The notes under the pieces are model-generated. The model was not told the origin of the DNA, did no database searches, and was given only the letters and a program-made list of their open reading frames with translations. The position numbers and the translations under genes are program-made. From Caulobacterales bacterium (GTDB lineage Bacteria; Pseudomonadota; Alphaproteobacteria; Caulobacterales; Hyphomonadaceae), in the NCBI GenBank assembly GCA_038326205.1, contig JBBQJV010000014.1, positions 3,232 to 67,231 of the forward strand: a stretch of 64,000 nt of DNA. The letters run 5' to 3'. This document shows positions 48,259 through 60,337 of this stretch, piece after piece (position 1 is the first letter of the stretch; each line of letters opens with the position of its first letter).

Positions 48259-50993
48259 GGCCCGTTCGCCCTGTCGCGCGCGGTGCCAAGACGCTCAAGC
48301 AGATCGGGAATGTGAACCTGGTCTTCCTTGTAGTTTCCGGTGAGGATGTACATCACGAGGTTGATACCGAAGCGGTAAGCCATTTCGCGCGCCTGCTCGC
48401 CGCCGTCCATGGTCAACAGCGGGCGACCGGTCTTGTCGTCGATGGCCCATGCGCCGGCCCAGTCCGAACCGCCGATGAAAAGACCTGAGACGCCATCGCC
48501 GCGCCGGGTATCGCGATCGGTTGCGCCGCTCTCGATCCACAGGCGTCCATTCAGGCGGCCGGGGAAGGAGCGGATCAAATAATAGCTCTTGGTCAGAACG
48601 TGGTTGGCCGGCGCAGGTATCATCTGTGGCGCGTCGATGCCCTTCAGCAGGCGCTGCAGATCTTGCGAGACATCGCGGCCCGGCGTGGCGTCGCGTGTGT
48701 CGACAACGAACGCTCCGCCAGCACGCAGATAGGCATTCACCTTTGCGACGGCTGCAGGCGGCAGCGCTTTCGCATCGCGCGACACGGCGTAATAGATCAT
48801 CGGGTAGAGTTCGAGACTGTCACGCGACAGGTCGACGCCATGCGGCAGTTCAGGCTCAACCGAGGTGCGCTGTCCGAGTTGGTAGGACAGGCCGAACAGT
48901 CCCGCCTTTGTCGTATCGTCCAGCCTGCGATCCCCGGTTTTCACATAGGCAAACCGCAGGTGCGCTGCTGCCTCGCGGGCAAGCTGTTCCTTCGTCTGGG
49001 CGGACGCAGGTGGCGCAACATCAAGAATGGCACCGCCGATGAAGAACATGGCGAGCAAACCAACAGCTGTCTTCCTGCCCAAGAGCCGCGGGATGCGTCC
49101 CGCGAACGCCAGGGCAATCAGCAGGTCCAGCGCCACGATGCCGAGCGCTAGCCCGATCATCCAACCGCCAAGACCGGCGCGCTCCACGATGGCGGCCTCT
49201 TGTGTGACGGTGACTTCCGCGGGCCATGCATTGAAAGATTGGGGGGCGGGTGCGCCTGCGTTGAGCGCGCGTTCACCGCCCGGTCCGAGATAGATGCCCG
49301 GCGGCGTGGTCGGAGCAGGACGGGTGGTGAGGAATGTGGCGGCGGGAATGGGCGTCGCGGACGATTGCGGCGGCGTCAGCACGCCATACCCGTCAAGCAC
49401 GCGCGAAGGCGTCAATGTGCCTTCCGTACCCAATGCAGAAGGAGCGGCGCGCTCACCACCGGATACCACTGAGCGACGCAGCATCTCAACGAAGGCGCCG
49501 GTATAGGGCAGGTCGGACCAGTCAGGATCGGCGGTGACGTGGAACAGGATCAGCTCGCCGCGTCCCATCCGCTTGGCCGTCACCAGAGGCGTGCCGTCTT
49601 CGAGTTTGGCCCATGTCAGGCCTTCTAGTTCGGACGAAGGCTGGGCCAGAACCTGCTGGCGCACGGCTGCGTCTGCCGGCCTCGGAATACCAAAGAAGGG
49701 CGAGGTGGCGGGGAAGTCCGCAACCTTCTGCGGCGTCTCCCACGACAGTGACGAGCCAAGCGAGCGCGATGTCGGCCGAAGCGTCACCGGCGTCAGTGCG
49801 CCTTCCTGTGCAGCGAGGCGCGGCCCGGCAAAGCGAATCAGAACGCCGCCCTTGTCGATCCATTCCGTCAGGCGTGTCTTGGTCGCATCATCGATGATGC
49901 CCCGGTCGCCCATGATGATCGCATCGATCGGCGTATCGAGTAGGTTAGACAACGGCTTCTCGGTAAGTTGCGCGTACGGCTGCAGCGCCTTGCGCGCATA
50001 ATAGTGTTCGGCAAGCAGCGGTTGCGCCTCGTTCTGGGTATCGGCCAGCCCGACATGCGGCCTGCGCGCCGTGTCGTCCCACAGCCAGACACCGCCCGCC
50101 GAAGGCGATCCGCCGATGCGGAAGCGCGCGACGCGGTTGAGTGCCGCCGCCGGGATCGGGAACGTTGCATCCGCAGTCGTTGATCCGCCATCGAAGGCAA
50201 TGCGGGTCGAGGCGATCGACGCCCCTTCCGAGGTTTCGGCGATGATGTCCGCCGTGACGCCGGGCGTTGTCTCCGCCCGCACAACTGAGACTCGCGCGCC
50301 TTCGGCAGACGAATCTGCTGAGGTGATTGCAAACGCGCTCTTGGGCCGCGTGATGCGCACGCTCGTGGCGCCTTTGGATGCAAGACCGCGCGCGAAGGCC
50401 GCCGCGCTGTCGTGATCGAAACCGTCCGTCACCCAGATGATCCTGCCGGGCTTCAATTGTGTCGTGTCCAGCGCCGTCATCGCCGCCATGCGATCTGGCA
50501 GCCACGCCGCAGGGCGCTCGTTGCGCAGCAGTTGCCGCGCCGTCTCTGCGTCCAGCGCTTCGGACGGATCGCGCGCCACTTCACGCGGCGCGGTGAACAC
50601 CACGTGTAGCGCGCCGCCCTCTTGCGATGCCTCGTCCACCGCAGCCGTGGCCATGCGCACCACATCGCGCCAGCGTTCCGCGCTGGTCCAGCCATCGTCG
50701 ACCACGATCAGCGTGCCGCCCATCGTGCTGGCCTGCGCGTTCGGCGCCCATGTCGGTCGCGCAAAGCCAAGGATTGCCAGCGCCAGCGCAATCATCCGCA
50801 GCAGCAACAGCCACCATGGCGTCCGCGCCGGTGTTTCTTCTTCGGGCTTCAGGTCTTCCAACAGCGCCAGCGACGGCAGCGCAAAACGCTTCGGTTCTGG
50901 CGGTGTCGCGCGCAGCAACAGCCACAGCAGCGGCAGCGCAAGCAACCCGAGCAGCGCCCATGGCTGCAGGAACAGGAAAGGTCCCAGGCTCAC
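48255..50993 (-). CDS. BatA-like N-terminal double-TM domain protein with DUF4159-like C-terminus
   Basis: 912 aa. The N-terminus reads FLFLQPWALLGLLALPLLWLLLRATPP and the C-terminus contains GGAFVVDTRD...LFIGGSDWAGAW. Confidence 0.75.
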   Translation of the reverse strand: MSLGPFLFLQPWALLGLLALPLLWLLLRATPPEPKRFALPSLALLEDLKPEEETPARTPWWLLLLRMIALALAILGFARPTWAPNAQASTMGGTLIVVDDGWTSAERWRDVVRMATAAVDEASQEGGALHVVFTAPREVARDPSEALDAETARQLLRNERPAAWLPDRMAAMTALDTTQLKPGRIIWVTDGFDHDSAAAFARGLASKGATSVRITRPKSAFAITSADSSAEGARVSVVRAETTPGVTADIIAETSEGASIASTRIAFDGGSTTADATFPIPAAALNRVARFRIGGSPSAGGVWLWDDTARRPHVGLADTQNEAQPLLAEHYYARKALQPYAQLTEKPLSNLLDTPIDAIIMGDRGIIDDATKTRLTEWIDKGGVLIRFAGPRLAAQEGALTPVTLRPTSRSLGSSLSWETPQKVADFPATSPFFGIPRPADAAVRQQVLAQPSSELEGLTWAKLEDGTPLVTAKRMGRGELILFHVTADPDWSDLPYTGAFVEMLRRSVVSGGERAAPSALGTEGTLTPSRVLDGYGVLTPPQSSATPIPAATFLTTRPAPTTPPGIYLGPGGERALNAGAPAPQSFNAWPAEVTVTQEAAIVERAGLGGWMIGLALGIVALDLLIALAFAGRIPRLLGRKTAVGLLAMFFIGGAILDVAPPASAQTKEQLAREAAAHLRFAYVKTGDRRLDDTTKAGLFGLSYQLGQRTSVEPELPHGVDLSRDSLELYPMIYYAVSRDAKALPPAAVAKVNAYLRAGGAFVVDTRDATPGRDVSQDLQRLLKGIDAPQMIPAPANHVLTKSYYLIRSFPGRLNGRLWIESGATDRDTRRGDGVSGLFIGGSDWAGAWAIDDKTGRPLLTMDGGEQAREMAYRFGINLVMYILTGNYKEDQVHIPDLLERLGTARDRANGP

Positions 50994-51862
50994 GCCGCGA
51001 CCCCGCTGGTGAAGCCATAGGCCAACTGGCCGAGCGGCGTTCGCGGCGCCTCGGTGGTGACGTGACTCACAAAGCGCCAGCCGAGTTCAGCGGATAGATC
51101 CGTCATGTCCTTCCGGCGTTGGGCGAACTTGTCGAGATAACCATCGCGGATGGATTCAGCGCGGCCGATCAGGCGTTCCGAGTCCTGTCCCGGACGAAAG
51201 AACCGCACGCGGCCATTGAATGGATATGTCTCTTCGATCGGATCGCAGACCTGCAGCAGCACGCCATCGCGGCACTTGGCGGCCACGGGCGTCAACCGCG
51301 CGCGCCAATCAGCAAGCGGTGAATAGAAGTCGCTGCACACCACCACAGCCGCCACGTCGCGGGGTGGTCGCGGAAAGGGCGTGCCAGCCGGAATATTGCG
51401 GATGTCCTCGCCCACACGTGCAGCAGCCCGTGCGCCAGACACCGGCCCGCGTCCGCCGCCTAGCGCGCCACAGCGTTCACCCGACCGCGACAGCGCCCCG
51501 GCCAGCGCCATGCACAGCAACAGCGCGCGATCGGCCTTGTGCGGCAGCATGTCTCCGCTCGACCAGTGAAAGCCTGCGCTTGGGTCGTTCCAGAAAAGGA
51601 AGGTACGCGCGGTTTCCAGTTCGGTCTCGCGCACGAACAGGTTTTCCTCGCGCGCGGACCTGCGCCAGTCGATGCGATCTGCGCCGTCTTCAGCTGTGTG
51701 ACGGCGATACTGCCAGAAATTCTCGCCCATGCCCGACTTGCGCCGGCCAGCCGAACCAAGATGCGCTGCACTCGCCGCGCGTGCGTGCGTGGTCAGCGTG
51801 CCAAGGTCGCCTGCGAGGGCGGAGGCTTCAGCTTTCAACTGCGATAGGGGCGCCTGTGGCAC
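50990..51862 (-). CDS. DUF58 domain protein
   Basis: YRRHTAEDGADRIDWRRSAREENLFVRETE is the DUF58 signature (DxxxIDW...R). It overlaps both neighbouring genes. Confidence 0.85.
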   Translation of the reverse strand: MPQAPLSQLKAEASALAGDLGTLTTHARAASAAHLGSAGRRKSGMGENFWQYRRHTAEDGADRIDWRRSAREENLFVRETELETARTFLFWNDPSAGFHWSSGDMLPHKADRALLLCMALAGALSRSGERCGALGGGRGPVSGARAAARVGEDIRNIPAGTPFPRPPRDVAAVVVCSDFYSPLADWRARLTPVAAKCRDGVLLQVCDPIEETYPFNGRVRFFRPGQDSERLIGRAESIRDGYLDKFAQRRKDMTDLSAELGWRFVSHVTTEAPRTPLGQLAYGFTSGVAA

Positions 51863-51896
51863 TTGGTGAAGTCCTGGGGGAGGTCATGGGGAGGGC

Positions 51897-52895
<999 letters not shown>

Positions 52896-52942
52896 ACGGC
52901 GCATTTACCTATCTTTGGGGCGAACCCGGAGGTCGAGTTGCC

Positions 52943-53548
52943 ATGTCGAACGCGATAGCCCCGAACGTAACCACGCTCGCGGATCTGATTTCCACCTTGC
53001 AGGTGGAAGCGGCTTTGGAAAAGCCCCGTTCCCTGCCGCCCGTACATTTGTGGAACCCGACCAACTGCGGCGATATCGGCCTGCATATCCGGCGCGACGG
53101 CTCCTGGTGGCAGGAAGGCGTGCGGTTCAGCAGGGAAAAGCTCGTTCGCCTGTTCTCGACGATCCTGCGGCGGGACGATGACGGGTATTTCCTCGTCACC
53201 CCTCACGAAAAAGTGGTGGTGAAGGTGGACGACGCCCCGTTCGTGGGCATCCGCGTGGACCGGCATGAGTCGGATGGACATCACGTTATACTCGTCACGA
53301 CGAATGTAGGCGATGTCGTGGCAGTCGATGACGCCCACCCGATCCGCGTCGTCACGGATCCCCAGACAGGCGAGCCTTCGACCTACGTGCTGGTCCGTGG
53401 TGGGCTGGAAGCCCGTCTGGCCCGCCCCCCCTATTATGAGCTGATAAGCTGGGCGAATCCCGACTCTCCGGAACATGTTGGGGCCGGAAAGCCCACCATG
53501 AGCGTGATGTCATCCGGCGTCCGTTTCCCATTGGGCGAGGCGACCTGA
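52943..53548 (+). CDS. DUF1285 domain protein
   Basis: Start trimmed to MSNAIAP after GGAGG. It contains IRRDGSWWQEGVRFSREKLVRLFSTILRRDDDGYFLVTP. Confidence 0.8.
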   Translation: MSNAIAPNVTTLADLISTLQVEAALEKPRSLPPVHLWNPTNCGDIGLHIRRDGSWWQEGVRFSREKLVRLFSTILRRDDDGYFLVTPHEKVVVKVDDAPFVGIRVDRHESDGHHVILVTTNVGDVVAVDDAHPIRVVTDPQTGEPSTYVLVRGGLEARLARPPYYELISWANPDSPEHVGAGKPTMSVMSSGVRFPLGEAT

Positions 53549-53551
53549 GTC

Positions 53552-54178
53552 ATGAACTATAGCGGCAAAGCCGATTTCCTCGATCGCGCCACGCGCCTTC
53601 TTGCCCCCCTCGACGCCGTATTCGATCAGCCAATGCGGACCGACTACGATCTCAACCCCGACTGGAGGCTGCCTCCGAACGGCAATTATCGCCGCGCCGC
53701 CGTTCTGGTTGGCCTGATGGATCGCGGCGATGATTTCGGCGTCCTGCTAACGCTACGTCCGGAAACGATGGCGAGCCATGCTGGGCAGGTCGCCTTTCCC
53801 GGCGGCCGCATCGAGCCGGGCGAAACCCCGCTGGGCGCCGCCCTTCGCGAAGCCAGCGAGGAAGTCGGGGTTGATCCGTCCACGGTGAAATTGCTGGGGC
53901 AGGGCGACACGTATCTGACGGGGTCCGGCTTCGCGATCGCCCCTTTCGTGGGTCTCCTTCCCGCCGGCTATGTGCCCTTGCCGCACGAACGCGAGGTGGC
54001 TGACGTGTTCGAGACGCCGCTGAGTTTCCTGATGGATACCACCAACCACCAGCGCCACGAGAAGGTATATGCGGGGGTCTTGCGCGCTTATTACGCAATG
54101 CCTCACAACGGGCGCTACATTTGGGGCGCCACGGCGGGCATGATCAAGTCGCTCCATGATCGCCTGTACCAATCGTGA
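53552..54178 (+). CDS. CoA pyrophosphatase (NUDIX hydrolase)
   Basis: The NUDIX box reads FPGGRIEPGETPLGAALREASEEVGV. An upstream LLTLRPETMASHAGQ motif is also present. Confidence 0.85.
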   Translation: MNYSGKADFLDRATRLLAPLDAVFDQPMRTDYDLNPDWRLPPNGNYRRAAVLVGLMDRGDDFGVLLTLRPETMASHAGQVAFPGGRIEPGETPLGAALREASEEVGVDPSTVKLLGQGDTYLTGSGFAIAPFVGLLPAGYVPLPHEREVADVFETPLSFLMDTTNHQRHEKVYAGVLRAYYAMPHNGRYIWGATAGMIKSLHDRLYQS

Positions 54179-54234
54179 CGCCCGTGGCTTGCGGCCGGTC
54201 TGGTATGACGTGGTGTGTGTGATACGGACGTGAC

Positions 54235-54579
54235 ATGACTCAACGTATTCTTGTCGAAATCCTGCTGTTCCTGATCCCGTTTGCGATCTTCATGGTCTAT
54301 CGCGCCGCCGCGCGCGATCTGAGGATCAAGGACCGCTGGCCGTTGACCCGTCTGGTGATCATCGGCGCCGTCATCGCGGTGCTGGGCCTGATTGTGCCGC
54401 CGCTGCTGGAGCCGCGCGAGACCGGCAAATGTTTCGACCCGGTTCGCTATGATGGCGAGGGCCGCATCGTCTCCCCGCGTGAAATTCCGTGTTCGGAAAC
54501 GCCGCTGCCGGGCAGCCAGAACCCGCCGAGCCAAGAGCCGATACAGACGCCGGTTGCCCCCCGCGACACGGGCAACTAA
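54235..54579 (+). CDS. small membrane protein (conserved neighbour of cca in this synteny)
   Basis: 114 aa with two TM segments and a Pro-rich tail. Confidence 0.5.
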   Translation: MTQRILVEILLFLIPFAIFMVYRAAARDLRIKDRWPLTRLVIIGAVIAVLGLIVPPLLEPRETGKCFDPVRYDGEGRIVSPREIPCSETPLPGSQNPPSQEPIQTPVAPRDTGN

Positions 54580-54582
54580 GCC

Positions 54583-55782
54583 ATGCCCCAGCTGGCGATC
54601 CAGCCATGGATGATCACCGCACGACGAGTAATGGATGCGCTGGAGGCCGCGCGGCCCGGTTGCGCCCGCTATGTCGGCGGATGCGTGCGCAACGCCCTGT
54701 TGGGTGAACCTGTCTCTGACATCGACATTGCGACGCAACTGGTCCCCGAAGAGGTGACCCGTGTGATGCGCGCCGCAGGCATTGCCGTGCACCCCACCGG
54801 CATGGAGCACGGCACGCTGACTGTTGTCGCCGATCACCAGCCCTTCGAAGTCACCACCTTGCGCCGCGACGTTGAAACAGATGGACGCCGCGCCGTCGTC
54901 GCCTTCACGCTCGACTGGGACGAAGACGCTCAGCGTCGCGACTTCCGCATCAACGCCCTCTATTCCGACCGTGATGGCGCGATTTTCGACCCCACCGGCG
55001 GCGGCCTCGATGATCTGGCGGCGCGACGCATCGTCTTCGTCGGCAACCCGGAAACGCGCCTCCGCGAGGACTATCTCCGCATTCTCCGCTTCTTCCGCTT
55101 CTACGCCTGGTATGGCCGCGAAGCGCCGGATGCAGCAGGTCTCGCCGCATGCGCAAAATTGCGCGCAGGACTCGATGGCATCTCTGTCGAACGGATCTGG
55201 ATGGAAACGAAAAAGCTGTGCGCCGCCGTCCAACCCATTCCTGCACTGGAAGCGATGCAGGCATCTGGCGTGATGGCGCTGCTCTACCCGGAAGCGCGCG
55301 GCCTCGACCTGTTGCGTAAGTTGGTGGCGCTGGAACAGGCGGAGGGCTGGGCGCCCGATTCGATGCTGCGTGTCCAGTCGTTGTTCTGGAAGGACCCAGT
55401 CGCAACGCGCGCTCTCGCCAACCGCCTGAAGCTGTCCAATGACGAGCGCAGCCGCGTCATCTGGCCCGCGGAAAACGAAACACCGATCTCAGCCGAGACG
55501 ACGCCGCACGATGTCCGCTTCGCGGTCTATCGAGTCGGCGCGCAGGTCGTGACGGACTGCGCCACGTTGGCTCTGGCTGAAAGTGGTGATCCCGCACTGG
55601 CGGATGTCATCCGGCTCGCCAAAGCCTGGCCGAAACCAACCATGCCCGTGACCGGTGCGGATCTGATCACGCGCGGATTTGCGCCCGGCCCTGCGATGGG
55701 GGAGGCGCTGCGCAAGGCCGAAAATGCATGGGTTGCCAGCGATTTTTTGCTGTCGCAGGAAGAGCTGCTCCGCTTGGTCTAG
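54583..55782 (+). CDS. cca: CCA tRNA nucleotidyltransferase / poly(A) polymerase family
   Basis: It contains [32 protein letters not shown] and [13 protein letters not shown]. Confidence 0.85.
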   Translation: MPQLAIQPWMITARRVMDALEAARPGCARYVGGCVRNALLGEPVSDIDIATQLVPEEVTRVMRAAGIAVHPTGMEHGTLTVVADHQPFEVTTLRRDVETDGRRAVVAFTLDWDEDAQRRDFRINALYSDRDGAIFDPTGGGLDDLAARRIVFVGNPETRLREDYLRILRFFRFYAWYGREAPDAAGLAACAKLRAGLDGISVERIWMETKKLCAAVQPIPALEAMQASGVMALLYPEARGLDLLRKLVALEQAEGWAPDSMLRVQSLFWKDPVATRALANRLKLSNDERSRVIWPAENETPISAETTPHDVRFAVYRVGAQVVTDCATLALAESGDPALADVIRLAKAWPKPTMPVTGADLITRGFAPGPAMGEALRKAENAWVASDFLLSQEELLRLV

Positions 55783-56660
55783 GGCCACTTAACAACCGGC
55801 GGCATCGACGACAGGATGCTCGCGACATTGCCGCCGGTCTTCAGGCCGAACGTCGTGCCGCGATCATAGAGCAGGTTGAACTCCACATAGCGGCCGCGGC
55901 GCACCAGCTGTTCCTCTCGCTCGTCCGGCGACCAGCTTTCCAACATCCGCCGTTTCACGATCTCTGGATAAACCTTCGCAAACTCGCGGCCTACATCCTG
56001 TGTGAAGGCGAAGTCTGCTTCCCAGTCACCGGAGTTGTAGCGATCATAGAAAATACCGCCGATGCCGCGCGGCTCATTGCGGTGGGCCAGGTAGAAGTAT
56101 TCCTCGCAATGCTTTTTCATGCCCGCATAATCCGCGCCGTGCGTATCGCACGCTCCGCGCATCGCATCATGAAACTGGACCGCGTCGGGAGAGTCCTGTT
56201 GCCGCTGAGAATCGAGCAGAGGCGTGAGGTCCGCCCCGCCGCCGAACCAGCTGTTGTCGGTCACCAGCATGCGTGTGTTCATGTGCACGGCGGGCACGCG
56301 TGGATTGGCCGGGTGTGCGATCAGCGAGATGCCCGCCGCCCAGAACTTCCCGCCCGACTTGTCGGCGCCCGGAATGGTCTTGGCGAACTCCGGGGCAAAC
56401 GCGCCATAGACGCAGCTCGTGTGCACGCCGATTTTCTCGAACAGCCGCCCCTTCAGCACGGCCATGGTGCCGCCGCCGAGGTCGTCCGTGCCATCGCCCC
56501 GCTTCCACGCCGTCTTCTCGAACCGCCCGGCAGCTCCACGATAAAGCGGCGGCGACGCCGCATCCTCCAGGGCCTCGATACACGCGATGATGTCGCCCTG
56601 CAGCGACTGAAACCAAGCGTAGGCGCGCGCCTTGTGGGTCTCGATGTCGGTCTTTGTCAT
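55779..56660 (-). CDS. hemF: oxygen-dependent coproporphyrinogen III oxidase
   Basis: 293 aa. It contains [18 protein letters not shown]...[10 protein letters not shown]...GIGGIFYD. Confidence 0.9.
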   Translation of the reverse strand: MTKTDIETHKARAYAWFQSLQGDIIACIEALEDAASPPLYRGAAGRFEKTAWKRGDGTDDLGGGTMAVLKGRLFEKIGVHTSCVYGAFAPEFAKTIPGADKSGGKFWAAGISLIAHPANPRVPAVHMNTRMLVTDNSWFGGGADLTPLLDSQRQQDSPDAVQFHDAMRGACDTHGADYAGMKKHCEEYFYLAHRNEPRGIGGIFYDRYNSGDWEADFAFTQDVGREFAKVYPEIVKRRMLESWSPDEREEQLVRRGRYVEFNLLYDRGTTFGLKTGGNVASILSSMPPVVKWP

Positions 56661-56705
56661 GCCGCTAGGTAGCCGCCAGATATGGGCGGCGTCCAGAGCC
56701 CGGCA

Positions 56706-57347
56706 CTATCGCGGCGCAAACAGCCGCACGTCGACCCCATCAACCACGACCGTCACCGCAACTCGTGTACCCGACTTGCGCGCAATCGCCGCAAGGCATC
56801 GCGGATAGAGCAGGTGCTCCGCTTTCAGAACGCGCGCCGCCAATGTCTCTTCCGTATCGCCCGGCATCACATCGATCTCGGCCTGGCCGATCACCGGCCC
56901 TTCATCTACGCCCGCCGTCACCTGATGCACCGTGCAGCCATGTACAGCGTCGCCCGCCGCAAGACAGCGCTTGTGCGTATCCACTCCTGGAAATTTCGGC
57001 AGCAGGGACGGGTGAATGTTGATCAGCTTCCCCGCCCACGTAGTCACGAACCACGGCGTCAGCACGCGCATGAACCCCGCGAGCGCAATCAGTTCAACAC
57101 CCGCCGCCCGCAGTTCCGCATCCACAGCCCGCTCGAACGCCTCGCGATCCTTGCCGTAAATCTTGTGGTCAATGGCAGAAGCAGCAACGCCAAACGCGCG
57201 CGCACGCTCCAGCCCGCCCGCGTCCGGCTTGTTCGCCAGCACCAGCACCGGCTCGCACGGCCATTGCGGATCAGCTGCCGCCCGCAGCAGCGCTTCCATG
57301 TTGGAGCCGCGCCCCGAGATCAGGATGCCAAGCCGCGTGCGGCTCAC
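56706..57347 (-). CDS. purN: phosphoribosylglycinamide formyltransferase
   Basis: It contains LGILISGRGSNMEALL...LAGFMRVL...INIHPSLLP. There is a 4-nt overlap with purM. Confidence 0.9.
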   Translation of the reverse strand: MSRTRLGILISGRGSNMEALLRAAADPQWPCEPVLVLANKPDAGGLERARAFGVAASAIDHKIYGKDREAFERAVDAELRAAGVELIALAGFMRVLTPWFVTTWAGKLINIHPSLLPKFPGVDTHKRCLAAGDAVHGCTVHQVTAGVDEGPVIGQAEIDVMPGDTEETLAARVLKAEHLLYPRCLAAIARKSGTRVAVTVVVDGVDVRLFAPR

Positions 57348-58375
57348 GCTGCTACCAGTTCCCCGATGACAAAGGCGTTCTCGCCTTCATTGGCCAACTG
57401 TTCCATCAGGGGCATCGCGACCGCAGGCTCGACCGCGAGCACGATGCCGATCCCGCAATTGAACGTGCGCCGCATTTCTTCGTCCGACAGTCCGCCAACC
57501 TGCTGCAGCCATCCGAACACCGGCGGCAATTTCCACGCCTTGTAGTCGATCTTGGGGACAAGATGATCTGGCAACATGCGCGGCGTATTCTCGGTCAGCC
57601 CGCCGCCCGTGATATGCGCCAGACCCTTGATGCGCTTGTTGCGGAGCAGCGGCAGCAGCGCCTTCACATAGATGCGCGTCGGCGCCAGCAGCGCTTCGCC
57701 CAGCGTTTTGTCCGCGTCGAACGGCGCCGGGTCTTCCAGCTTCAGATTGCTCCGCTCCACAATCTTGCGGATCAGCGAATAGCCATTCGAATGCGGTCCC
57801 GACGACGCGATCGCGACCAGCAGGTCGCCGGCCTTCATGTCATTCGTCTTCGGGAGAATATCCTCGCGCTCGACGCCGCCGACAACGAAGCCTGCCAGAT
57901 CATAATGCCCCGGCGCATACATGCCCGGCATCTCGGCCGTCTCGCCGCCCACCAGCGTGCACCCAGCCTGGCGACAACCTTCAGCGATCCCCGCCACAAC
58001 CTTCGACGCCGTGCTCTTGTCCAGCTTTCCCGTCGCGAAGTAGTCGAGGAAGAACAGCGGATCGGCGCCCTGTGCCAACACGTCGTTGACGCACATCGCG
58101 ACCAGATCGATGCCGATCGTTTCGTGCCTGCCGGTTGCGAACGCGAGCATCAGCTTGGTGCCAACACCGTCCGTCCCCGATACAAGCACCGGGTCCTTGA
58201 ACCCTGCGGCCTTCAGGTCGAACAACCCGCCGAACCCGCCAAGTGTGCCGTCCGCGCCCGGCCGGCGCGTCGAGGCGGCCAGCGGCTTGATGGCATCAAC
58301 CAGCGCGTCGCCTTCGTCGATATCGACACCGACGTCGCGATAGGTCAGGGGAGTCTTGGAATCGGGACCGCTCAT
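57344..58375 (-). CDS. purM: phosphoribosylformylglycinamidine cyclo-ligase
   Basis: It contains TYRDVGVDIDEGDALV...LVSGTDGVGTKL...DLVAMCVNDVL. Confidence 0.95.
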   Translation of the reverse strand: MSGPDSKTPLTYRDVGVDIDEGDALVDAIKPLAASTRRPGADGTLGGFGGLFDLKAAGFKDPVLVSGTDGVGTKLMLAFATGRHETIGIDLVAMCVNDVLAQGADPLFFLDYFATGKLDKSTASKVVAGIAEGCRQAGCTLVGGETAEMPGMYAPGHYDLAGFVVGGVEREDILPKTNDMKAGDLLVAIASSGPHSNGYSLIRKIVERSNLKLEDPAPFDADKTLGEALLAPTRIYVKALLPLLRNKRIKGLAHITGGGLTENTPRMLPDHLVPKIDYKAWKLPPVFGWLQQVGGLSDEEMRRTFNCGIGIVLAVEPAVAMPLMEQLANEGENAFVIGELVAA

Positions 58376-58492
58376 GCGCCGCCACTAACACGCACGAAAC
58401 GTCCTATCCAGCGCTGCCTAATACCGTGTGAAAAAGCGTTCATGCACAACCTGCCTTACAAACGTCAGAACCCTTCGCTAAAGTCCGGCCCC

Positions 58493-59545
58493 ATGAACAA
58501 AATCGCCAGATTCGCCGCTCTTGTTGTCGCTTCCGCGAGCCTCGCCGGCGCCGCTTTTGCCCAGAACCCGGTCTATAGGGTGAAGGATCTTGTGGTTGAT
58601 GCGGTGGCGCCCAATGCGGCTGATGCCGGTTTGCAGGGCAGGAACGGCGCCCGTCTGACTGGCGCCCAACGTCTGATCGAACGGCTGACCCTGCCGGAGG
58701 ATCGCGCCTCGGCCCGCGCCCCGATCGAAGCGTCCGCCGTCGCGCAGCTCTATCGCGGCTATCAGACCCAGGGCGACCAGAAGTCATCCTCCGTCTCCGG
58801 CGGCATCCGCGCCACCGGCCTCGTGACATGGACGTTCGAGGAAGACCGTGTCCGCGCCTATCTCGACCAGCGCGGCGTCGCCTATGTGGATAACCAAGCC
58901 GCCTCTGCGCTCATCGTGCCCGTTGCCGCTTCCAACATCAGCGCCAGCGACTGGGGCTCACAGTGGGTCGTCCGCAACGGATCCTCGGTTTCCGGCAAGT
59001 CGGACGAAACTTCGCTCGCCCCCTATGTCGCCTCGACCCAGTCCTGGTCCCAGCGCCCATCGTCCGACGACATCCAGTCGGAACTGTCCCGCACCAGCAC
59101 CGACCACGGCGTCATCGCCGAAGCCTACATGCAGGGACCGCAATACTATGTGCGCCTCACCGACATGCGTGGGTCGGTCCCCAATCCGACTATTGGCGTT
59201 GTCGGACCGTTCGTCAGCCTGTCGTCGGCCCAATCTGGCGCGGCCTCCGAACTTGAACGCGCATGGAAGGCGGCCTCGGTCGTCCGCTCGAACGGCGCGA
59301 CCAGCGTTTCGCTGACCGCCCAGTTCCAGGACATCCAGCAGTGGACGCTTATCCGCAAAGGTCTGGAAGGCTCCCGGCTCGTGCATGATCTCAACGTCGA
59401 GTCGATCTCGATTGCCGGCGCCGACATCACCTTGTCCTATAGTGGTCGCCCCGAACAGCTCGCGTCCGACCTGCGCTCGCGTGGGGTTGATCTGCGCAAT
59501 GCTCCGGGCGGCGGCTGGGTGCTTCTGGCGTCAGGGGTCCAATGA
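58493..59545 (+). CDS. DUF2066-like secreted protein
   Basis: Start trimmed to MNKIARFAALVVASASLAGAAFA. The 5' 930 nt of track ORF 57563-59545 is antisense to purM. Confidence 0.7.
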   Translation: MNKIARFAALVVASASLAGAAFAQNPVYRVKDLVVDAVAPNAADAGLQGRNGARLTGAQRLIERLTLPEDRASARAPIEASAVAQLYRGYQTQGDQKSSSVSGGIRATGLVTWTFEEDRVRAYLDQRGVAYVDNQAASALIVPVAASNISASDWGSQWVVRNGSSVSGKSDETSLAPYVASTQSWSQRPSSDDIQSELSRTSTDHGVIAEAYMQGPQYYVRLTDMRGSVPNPTIGVVGPFVSLSSAQSGAASELERAWKAASVVRSNGATSVSLTAQFQDIQQWTLIRKGLEGSRLVHDLNVESISIAGADITLSYSGRPEQLASDLRSRGVDLRNAPGGGWVLLASGVQ

Positions 59546-59558
59546 GCCCGAACTCGCC

Positions 59559-60242
59559 ATGACAGGTGGCCGGCACGCGGGTCAGCTCTTCCTCGACTTT
59601 CCGAAAGCGGACACTGACAACCGCCCGCTGATCGAGACCGGGTCTTATGCCGGCGCGCTTGTCGCACTGCGTCGCTGGCGTCACTGGCCGGGACAGCAAC
59701 TCGCGCTGATCGGCGATCCGCAATCCGGCCGCACCCGCCTATTGCGCCTCTGGGCCGCCGACGCTGCCGCTGCCCTCGTCACGGGCGCCGCTCTGGCCGA
59801 GGCCGGGATGGACGAAATCGCCCGCCTGTCCGTCTCCGCCCTCGCCATCGACGACGCCGACCACACTGGCGCCGGTCTAGGCCTCCTCGCCGCTCTTAAC
59901 CTCTGCCGCGACCGTGGCGCTCAGGTTTTGCTGGCCGGGCAGGCGGAGCCCGCCGGTTGGTTCACCATCCCCCCCGACCTCCGCTCCCGCCTCACCGCCA
60001 TGCCCGTCGCCCGCATCGAAGTTCCCGATGACGAGACGCTGGCTGCCCGCCTGCGAGAGGAATGCGCCCTGCGCCACTTGAATATTCCTGAAGAATCAGT
60101 GCGCTACCTCGCCCAGCGGATGGAATCTTCGTGGGAAGCCATTGGCCGTGTGGCCGACGAAATCGCGCGGACGCCGGGAAGGGCGGAGGGTCTGCGGTCT
60201 GCCCGTGCGGCGCTGGTCGCGCTGGGCATGGATCCCGGCTGA
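59559..60242 (+). CDS. hdaA: DnaA regulatory inactivator HdaA
   Basis: Start trimmed to MTGGRHAGQLFLDF (QLxLxF clamp-binding-type motif). It has a degenerate AAA+ core, and its position between DUF2066 and ppk matches the usual synteny. Confidence 0.75.
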   Translation: MTGGRHAGQLFLDFPKADTDNRPLIETGSYAGALVALRRWRHWPGQQLALIGDPQSGRTRLLRLWAADAAAALVTGAALAEAGMDEIARLSVSALAIDDADHTGAGLGLLAALNLCRDRGAQVLLAGQAEPAGWFTIPPDLRSRLTAMPVARIEVPDDETLAARLREECALRHLNIPEESVRYLAQRMESSWEAIGRVADEIARTPGRAEGLRSARAALVALGMDPG

Positions 60243-60337
60243 ATTAATCTCGCAGGTTGGCTGCAAAACATCCGTAATGTCTTGATGGTAAGCAGGCTGA
60301 TCACGACCGGCACAAGACCGGCCGAAGACACTGGGCG

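Noticed and set aside
60243-60337. Pho box upstream of ppk
   Set aside because: No convincing pair of CTGTCAT-like direct repeats with 4-nt spacing is present, only loose resemblance.
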